Positions 57,559 to 64,000 of a stretch of 64,000 nt of DNA are shown here, one piece after another; position 1 is the first letter of the stretch; every line of letters begins with the position of its first letter. Source of the stretch: Planctomycetales bacterium (GTDB taxonomy: Bacteria > 4484-113); assembly GCA_037441675.1 (NCBI GenBank), contig JBBIRS010000002.1, positions 1 through 64,000 of the forward strand, read 5' to 3'. The notes under the pieces were generated by a model. That model saw only the letters and a program-made list of their open reading frames with translations, ran no database searches and had not been told where the DNA came from. The position numbers and the translations under genes were made by a program.

Positions 57559-60144
57559 GTGGCGATGAAGAATCATGAGGCTGTTTTCCCCACCAACTGG
57601 CTAAATATGCCAGAAACGAAGCTCACGCCTCTTTTCAAGCAGTATCTCCTAATTAAGAAGGAGCATCCCGACTGCATATTGATGTATCGCTTGGGGGACT
57701 TCTATGAAATGTTTGGTCCGGATGCGCAAGAGGCTAGCCAAAAATTAGGCATTGTTCTTACAGCTCGCCAGATTACAGAGGGGGTTAAAGTGCCTATGTG
57801 TGGCGTCCCTCATCACTCCCTGATGCGTTACGTTAAAAAACTAGTTGAAGCAGGTTATAAAGTTGCTCTTTGTGACCAACTGGAGGAACCTGATCCTAGA
57901 AAAAAGCTTGTAGCAAGAGGTGTTACTCGCATCATCACCGCAGGAACTTTAGTTGAGGATGAGTTCCTAAGCGAGGATTCTGAAGTTTTTTTAATGACAC
58001 TCGCGGAATACAGGGGGAATATTGGCGTGTGCATATTGGAGGCTTCCGGAGGGAAGGTGGGATTTCTGGAATTCAGAGGAAGGGGAACAAAGGGCAAGAA
58101 AAGCGAAACTTTTAATAAGATTATAGAAGAAATTAAGCGCATTAAGCCTCAGGAGATACTAATAGATGAAGCTCTTATTAGCATAAAAGCTATTAGCGAG
58201 TTCTTCCAAGAACATCCCTTTCTAGTTAAGCATACTTTTAAGAAGGAAATTTCCGAAAATGATGCGTCCTTCTTTATCAGGAAATACTTAGGCACAGAGT
58301 TTTTAGAAAGCTATGAACTTAAAGATAATTCAGCAACTCAATTAACACTCTATTATCTATTCAAATTCTTAAGAGAAGTTTTCAAGGTTGAAAATCCTAA
58401 GCTTTTTTTCCATCGCATTTACCCGGATAAGAAGCTTATTCTTGACGAGTTAGCGGTTAGGCATCTTGAGCTCTTTGGACTTATGGAAGCCGGTAGTAAC
58501 ATTCCCAATGAGCTACAACGAGGCCTGTATGGCATTTTAGATTCTACTCTTACGCCGATGGGCAAGAGGTTGCTCAAGAGAAGGTTGAGAGAACCTTTTG
58601 CTGAAAGAGAGACGATTGAAGCATATCTCACTTTTATTGAAGAGCTAACGAAGACTGAAAGTCTAAGAAAAGGGTTGCGGGAGATATTAAGAAATCTTCC
58701 CGACTCTGAGAGAATCATGAACCGCATACTACTAAATCGCTCAAATCCAGCTGAATTGGCGCGATTAAAGAAAACTCTAGCTATCGTGCCAAGGCTCAAA
58801 GATATTTTGTCAGCTTTAAGTTCCAAATCACTTAGCGCTAAATTATTACACTCACTACCGGAATCAGGTAAACTCTTAAGCCTAATTTCTACTGCCATCA
58901 ACGACGAACCTCCTTTGAATATCGCAGATGGAGGAGTTATCAGGGAAGGCTACAATGCCGAATTGGATAGGTTAAGACAAGTAATTCACGAGGGGGAGTT
59001 GTGGTTTAAGAATTATGAGGAGAAAGAAAAAAACAACACGGGAATTAGAACGCTGAAAGTTAAAAGGACTGAGGCTTTTGGCTGGTTTATAGAAGTTACA
59101 AAAGCTAGCACTCATCTAGTTCCATCAAACTACGAAAGGAGACAGACGCTTGTAGGTGCAGAGAGATACGTTACCAACGAACTACGGGAAAGAGAACTAG
59201 AAATAGAATCTGCCAAAGAGCGAGCCTTGGAGATTGAAAAAGCTCTCTTTGATGCCATTCTTGAACAAGTCAAGGTGGAGGCAGAAACTTTGCATTCTAT
59301 AACGGAAGTTATTGCGGAGCTTGATTACGTCCTCTCCCTTGCTGAAACTGCCATTAGGGAAGGATGGACTAAAGCGGAAATATCAACAAGCGGAATACTA
59401 GAGATAAAAGAGGGTGTCCATCCACTCGTCCTTAAAACAATCGGTAAGCAGAAGTTTGTTCCGAACGATTGTTATCTTGATGGAACTAACGTCCAAATAA
59501 ACGTGATTACAGGACCAAATATGGGTGGGAAATCCACCTATATGAGAATGGTTGCTATTCTCGCAATCCTTGCTCATATGGGGAGTTTTGTCCCAGCAAA
59601 AAGCGCAAGAGTATCCGTCCTTGACAGGATTTATACAAGGATTGGCGCAACTGATGCACTAAGCAGTGGTAAATCAACCTTTATGGTTGAGATGGTGGAA
59701 ACTGCAAGCATTCTTAACTCCGCTACCGATAAATCGCTTGTCATACTGGATGAGATTGGACACGGAACTTCAACCTACGACGGAATCAGTATTGCTAGGG
59801 CGGTCATTGAATATATCCATGAAGGAAAAATAGGACGTCCAAAAACCCTCTTTGCCACACACTATTTTGAACTTACAGAGTTAAGCGAGATCCTGCCGAG
59901 GGTACGGAACCTAAAAGTTGATGTGCGAAATATAGATGGCGAGTTAGTGTTCTTATATAAGGTCCTACCGGGCTTTGTTGATGAAAGTTACGGTGTTGAG
60001 GTGGCAAAGCTGGCTGGTCTTCCTGAAGATGTTGTTAAAAGAGCTAGAGCTATCCTTAACGAGCTTGAAGAGATAAGGCGAATGTCATTAGCGAAGGCAA
60101 GACAAGTTATCCAACTCGGCTTATTTAAAGAAAGCAAAGTATAA
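57559..60144 (+). CDS. mutS: DNA mismatch repair protein MutS
   Basis: GDFYEMF, PMCGVP, TGPNMGGKST, STFMVEM, FATHY, SYGVEVAKLAG. Start uncertain. Confidence 0.97.
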   Translation: MAMKNHEAVFPTNWLNMPETKLTPLFKQYLLIKKEHPDCILMYRLGDFYEMFGPDAQEASQKLGIVLTARQITEGVKVPMCGVPHHSLMRYVKKLVEAGYKVALCDQLEEPDPRKKLVARGVTRIITAGTLVEDEFLSEDSEVFLMTLAEYRGNIGVCILEASGGKVGFLEFRGRGTKGKKSETFNKIIEEIKRIKPQEILIDEALISIKAISEFFQEHPFLVKHTFKKEISENDASFFIRKYLGTEFLESYELKDNSATQLTLYYLFKFLREVFKVENPKLFFHRIYPDKKLILDELAVRHLELFGLMEAGSNIPNELQRGLYGILDSTLTPMGKRLLKRRLREPFAERETIEAYLTFIEELTKTESLRKGLREILRNLPDSERIMNRILLNRSNPAELARLKKTLAIVPRLKDILSALSSKSLSAKLLHSLPESGKLLSLISTAINDEPPLNIADGGVIREGYNAELDRLRQVIHEGELWFKNYEEKEKNNTGIRTLKVKRTEAFGWFIEVTKASTHLVPSNYERRQTLVGAERYVTNELRERELEIESAKERALEIEKALFDAILEQVKVEAETLHSITEVIAELDYVLSLAETAIREGWTKAEISTSGILEIKEGVHPLVLKTIGKQKFVPNDCYLDGTNVQINVITGPNMGGKSTYMRMVAILAILAHMGSFVPAKSARVSVLDRIYTRIGATDALSSGKSTFMVEMVETASILNSATDKSLVILDEIGHGTSTYDGISIARAVIEYIHEGKIGRPKTLFATHYFELTELSEILPRVRNLKVDVRNIDGELVFLYKVLPGFVDESYGVEVAKLAGLPEDVVKRARAILNELEEIRRMSLAKARQVIQLGLFKESKV

Positions 60145-60158
60145 CCAGGGTAACAAGA

Positions 60159-60752
60159 ATGGTGATATTTACTAGCAAAAAGGTAGAGTTAATAAGCGAA
60201 AAGCTCAGGATGGAGCTTCCAGAGGAGCTTTTCCTTCATTGTTTAAGAGTGATGGAATGCGCAAAAGAGTTAGGAGTAATGTATGGTGAAAATAATATTG
60301 AAGCCCTGGGGCTTGCCGGGCTTTTACATGATAACTGCAGACACCTTTCAATGGAAGAGCTTTTAAGAACTTGTGAAAGATTTAATTACAAGCTATCAGA
60401 GGAAGAATGTAAAATACCTGAGATTATTCACAGTAAATTAAGCGCCATACGCGCTGTGGTTGACTTTGGCGTTGATGATCCTAAAGTATTTCAAGCCATA
60501 GCCTTTCATACAACAGGTAGACCAAACCTCGGCTATACCGCTAGAATTTTATTTTGCGCTGACAAGATATCTGCTGATAGGAATTTTAATGGAGTTGAAG
60601 AGTTAAGAAAGAAGGCAAATCTTGGACTAAAATCGCTTTGCCTTGCTATAGTTAAAAACAATCTACAATATTTGTACTCAAGGGAATTACCAATAGCATC
60701 TGTGACAATAGAATTCTATAATGAGTTATTAGAGGAAACACGCGGTGGATAA
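60159..60752 (+). CDS. yqeK: YqeK-family HD hydrolase (Ap4A hydrolase-like)
   Basis: HCLRV, GLLHD, H..LSA, FHTTG, ADK. Confidence 0.85.
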   Translation: MVIFTSKKVELISEKLRMELPEELFLHCLRVMECAKELGVMYGENNIEALGLAGLLHDNCRHLSMEELLRTCERFNYKLSEEECKIPEIIHSKLSAIRAVVDFGVDDPKVFQAIAFHTTGRPNLGYTARILFCADKISADRNFNGVEELRKKANLGLKSLCLAIVKNNLQYLYSRELPIASVTIEFYNELLEETRGG

Positions 60753-61845
60753 ACTTTCGGATAGGCTATTTGCGCGTTTTCGAGCTGAGAGGGGAAGTGC
60801 CAGCGGAAAAGGGATTTCTCCAAAGGAACTTTCCCCAAATGTTCGTGAAAGGATCATTAGACACCGCAGACGTCAGAAGACTAAAACTACTATTATCGTA
60901 AGTCTAGTTGTAGTGTTGATTTTGATGATAGCAACTTTAGTTGTTTGGCCAATTAAAACACCATTAGGCGACCATACCTCCCCTGCCAAAATACTCTCAA
61001 ACATGGTGATTAATATGCGACCTCTTCCCTATTACTTCGGCGGAAGAGAAAAAATCAACGTACTTGTAGTGGGAATAGATAGAGATCCTCCACATAGAAG
61101 CGATACTGTGTTGGTAGGAAATATTGACCTCAGAAGCTATCAGGTCAACCTTTTGTCAGTTCCCAGGGACACACTGGTTACGCTTCCAGATGGAAGAAGG
61201 GATAAGCTTGCCCACGCTTACGCGTTTGGACAAAATGGGGAAGGTAATGGGATTCTATGGGTTAAGCAATCTGTGGAGTCGCTGCTTGGAATTTCAATAC
61301 CTTATTATGTAACGATAGATTTTGAGGCATTCATAAGCTCCATAGACGCTCTTGGAGAAGTGGAAATTGACGTAGAGAAGCATCTTAGGTATGTTGATCG
61401 CTCGCAAGATTTGTACATAGATATACCAGAAGGGAAACAACTGCTAAATGGAGAAGAACTGCTTAAGTATGTTCGTTTTCGCCATGATGCACTTGGAGAC
61501 GTAGGGCGAACTTACCGCCAACAAAAGGCAGTTCTTGCCATAATAAACAAATTGAAAGCTAAATCTGATTGGAGAAAAGTGTTCTCTGCTATCAAAACTT
61601 TCTATCAATCAGTGGATACTAACTTTACTCTAGATCAGATAGTAGCCCTTGCAAGGAGGATTAGGGATTTTGACGAGGATAAGTTGTTTGCGACTACTAT
61701 GCATTCTGAACCCGAAACAATTAATGGCATTTCTTACTTAACCGCAAACACGCAAGACATAATTGATGCTATAAGAGCCTTAAGGGAAGGAAAACCAAAA
61801 GTTGCATCCGAAAATCAAAGTGAGAGTAAAGAGAATGGGATTTGA
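60745..61845 (+). CDS. LCP (LytR-CpsA-Psr) family protein
   Basis: One TM helix; RSDTV, SVPRDT, YVRFRHD, GDVGR..RQQ. Confidence 0.93.
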   Translation: MDKLSDRLFARFRAERGSASGKGISPKELSPNVRERIIRHRRRQKTKTTIIVSLVVVLILMIATLVVWPIKTPLGDHTSPAKILSNMVINMRPLPYYFGGREKINVLVVGIDRDPPHRSDTVLVGNIDLRSYQVNLLSVPRDTLVTLPDGRRDKLAHAYAFGQNGEGNGILWVKQSVESLLGISIPYYVTIDFEAFISSIDALGEVEIDVEKHLRYVDRSQDLYIDIPEGKQLLNGEELLKYVRFRHDALGDVGRTYRQQKAVLAIINKLKAKSDWRKVFSAIKTFYQSVDTNFTLDQIVALARRIRDFDEDKLFATTMHSEPETINGISYLTANTQDIIDAIRALREGKPKVASENQSESKENGI

Positions 61846-61964
61846 AGCATAAAATCCCTTAGTTTAACCTGTCAAGGGCTATGCCCTTTATTTTATAGAA
61901 CATTCGTATCATCTAGCATCCTGGTAAAATATTTAGTAAATCACTTGAACATTGATATCCGCAA

Positions 61965-62528
61965 ATGGACGAAGCAGGCAGAAGACTGAAAAGTGTGCAG
62001 ATTATAAGTAGGCGAAAGGCTAGAAGGAAAGCCTTTGAACTAGTATTTGAGGCTGAGCAACACCCCTCCACCACTATAGATGAACTCCTAGAAAGGACTT
62101 TTGAATATAACAACTGGTATCAGAAGAAATTTGGTTTAGAGCCTGAGGAGGAAATAAAATCATCATTTCTTTACGAGAATGAGGATGAGCCAACAATCGT
62201 GGAGATTGACGATAATAATGAGAGATTCATCCGCGATTTATGCACTCTTACTTTGAAGAATATCGATCTCTTGGACAGCATACTCACGAAGTATCCAGAA
62301 GAATGGAAGTTTGAAAGGATAGGAACACCAGAGAAATGCATCCTAAGGATGGCGCTTGCGGAGATACTGTTTATGGACACACCTATAAAGGTAGTTATTA
62401 ACGAAGCCCTTGACATAACCAAACTCTATGGCGAACATGATGCCAACCGCTTTCTTAACGGCATACTAGGGGCAATCGTGCGAGATCTTGATGATATAAA
62501 GAGGAAGTTCAATGCCAAGAAAGCGTAG
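61965..62528 (+). CDS. nusB: Transcription antitermination factor NusB
   Basis: SRRKARRKAFELVF, ILRMA, VVINEAL, FLNGILG. Confidence 0.93.
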   Translation: MDEAGRRLKSVQIISRRKARRKAFELVFEAEQHPSTTIDELLERTFEYNNWYQKKFGLEPEEEIKSSFLYENEDEPTIVEIDDNNERFIRDLCTLTLKNIDLLDSILTKYPEEWKFERIGTPEKCILRMALAEILFMDTPIKVVINEALDITKLYGEHDANRFLNGILGAIVRDLDDIKRKFNAKKA

Positions 62529-63141
62529 TAATATAAAAATCAAGGTTTTTGCGTTCATTGTTCTTCTAATCTTTACAGGCTGTAATCCTTTGCCTAAAGC
62601 TGAGAAAAGCTTTTCACGCGAGTCGTTATTTTCATCGGAACTTCTAGGGATAAGCTTTAGATACAACACCGATGAATTCCCTGAAGTAATTCAAGACATC
62701 TCAAGCGAATTCCCAGTTATCTTACAGGGCGATGGTTATTCTCTTGGCATTAAAAAGATTGGAGGAATTGGCGATTTAGTGGCGAAGGAACCGGACAAGA
62801 ACTTTTACCAGTTCTTTAGCGGAGAGATACTCTATGAGTTTAGAGATAAAAATAATATGAAATTAGCAGAACAGGAAACAATAGAAGAATTCACCGCTAA
62901 GAGTAGGAAAGGAGCAATTCAATTTATGCATTTTGTAATGCCGGAAGAACAGGTTTATCGCCCAAAGTTTATTCCTCCAGAATTGAAAGAAGTATATCTT
63001 TACTACTTTCACTTTATATATCAATCTGATTACTGGTATTTCGCAATAATTTCAGAAAAAAAGGTTGACAGAGCTTTAATCAACAGAGTAATTAAATTGA
63101 TAGATGAAGCTAGTTTCACTCAGCCTCAGAATGAAAATTAA
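62512..63141 (+). CDS. Hypothetical lipoprotein
   Basis: Basic N-terminus, hydrophobic core, FTGC lipobox. Confidence 0.65.
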   Translation: MPRKRSNIKIKVFAFIVLLIFTGCNPLPKAEKSFSRESLFSSELLGISFRYNTDEFPEVIQDISSEFPVILQGDGYSLGIKKIGGIGDLVAKEPDKNFYQFFSGEILYEFRDKNNMKLAEQETIEEFTAKSRKGAIQFMHFVMPEEQVYRPKFIPPELKEVYLYYFHFIYQSDYWYFAIISEKKVDRALINRVIKLIDEASFTQPQNEN

Positions 63142-63309
63142 ATTCCTAGAAAGACAAAAATACATTCAAGATAGGAGCAATATATAAGCGCTTATCATAA
63201 TAAATTCATCAGCATTTATTGCTTTGGGGCTGAGGGTGCTAAAGAATTTTTCTCTTCAATAGACTGCCCAGTGGGACGAAACAAAAAACTCCTACTATAA
63301 TAGCTAATT

Positions 63310-64000
63310 ATGCAGGTTAAGCTTCAAGAAATTCAAAAACAACCCTATCTCAACGGGAGGTTCTTGCCTGGCGGGGAAAGTTACGCTGTGCGAAACCCAT
63401 GGGATGGCTCAAGTGTGGCCAATGTTGAGCTTGCCACTGTGGCGCAGATGAAGGAAGCTCTAGCATCCGCAGAAAGAGCGCATGGGATACTTTCAAGCTA
63501 TAGCCCATTTGAGCGAGCGGAGATGCTTCATAGAATATCCGCTCTTATCGCTGAAAAAACCGAATTCCTATCCGGGCTGATAACAAAAGAGGTTGGTAAG
63601 CCTATCACCCTTTCTCGGGTAGAAGTTCAGCGTGCCGTGAATACATTCAAGATTGCCGGCGATGAAGCTAGAAGGCTTCAGGGCAAGCTGGATTATCAAG
63701 AAGGTTATAGCAAAACTGGTGGAAAGTATGCCCTCACCAGGAGATTTCCCTTATCGGTTATGCTTGCCATAACTCCTTTTAATTTCCCAATCAATCTGGC
63801 TGCGCATAAACTCGCACCAGCATTGGCAGTTGGAACAGCGGTTATTCATAAGCCCTCAAGATACTGCCCTTTGAGCGCCCTTGCGCTTGCGGAAGTTTAC
63901 CACCAGGCAGGAATTCCTCCAGGCACTCTCAACACTTTGCCATGCCAACCAGAATCCCTTGAGTTTCTTATACGGTGCGAAAATGTCAAAAAGATTTCAT
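63310..64000 (+). CDS. Aldehyde dehydrogenase family protein (partial, runs off the window end)
   Basis: My translation from ATG 63310 gives EVGKPI, ITPFNFPINLAAHKLAPALAVG, HKPS. Absent from the ORF track because no stop lies in the window. Confidence 0.92.
   Translation, partial: MQVKLQEIQKQPYLNGRFLPGGESYAVRNPWDGSSVANVELATVAQMKEALASAERAHGILSSYSPFERAEMLHRISALIAEKTEFLSGLITKEVGKPITLSRVEVQRAVNTFKIAGDEARRLQGKLDYQEGYSKTGGKYALTRRFPLSVMLAITPFNFPINLAAHKLAPALAVGTAVIHKPSRYCPLSALALAEVYHQAGIPPGTLNTLPCQPESLEFLIRCENVKKIS

Overview
A 64 kb chromosomal segment from a bacterium using the standard genetic code. It is mostly housekeeping genes: gcvT-H-PA-PB, ade, tmk, rpmE-prfA-prmC-tsaC, rpiB, pcm, alaS, rfbA/rfbB-like, aroC, lysA-lysC, glmS, mutS, yqeK, an LCP protein, nusB and a partial aldehyde dehydrogenase, plus three tRNAs (Ser-CGA, Leu-CAG, Arg-CCG). 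Outer-membrane-type genes (YjbH, Wza/SLBB exporter, an unannotated beta-barrel, a TolB-like propeller) suggest a diderm envelope. The most notable feature is a set of three secreted proteins with cohesin-like and/or dockerin-like modules and no recognisable glycoside hydrolase. Two of them carry cohesin and dockerin in tandem, with the dockerin apparently inserted into an Fn3-like domain. This suggests a non-cellulosomal surface scaffold that might self-chain. Other observations: recurring leaderless-type gene starts, a candidate structured RNA upstream of an ArsC/Spx gene, stem-loops inside the cohesin operon, two decayed genes and REP-like hairpins. I saw no CRISPR array, rRNA, integrase or transposase. 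All calls come from reading motifs by eye; no database search was run.
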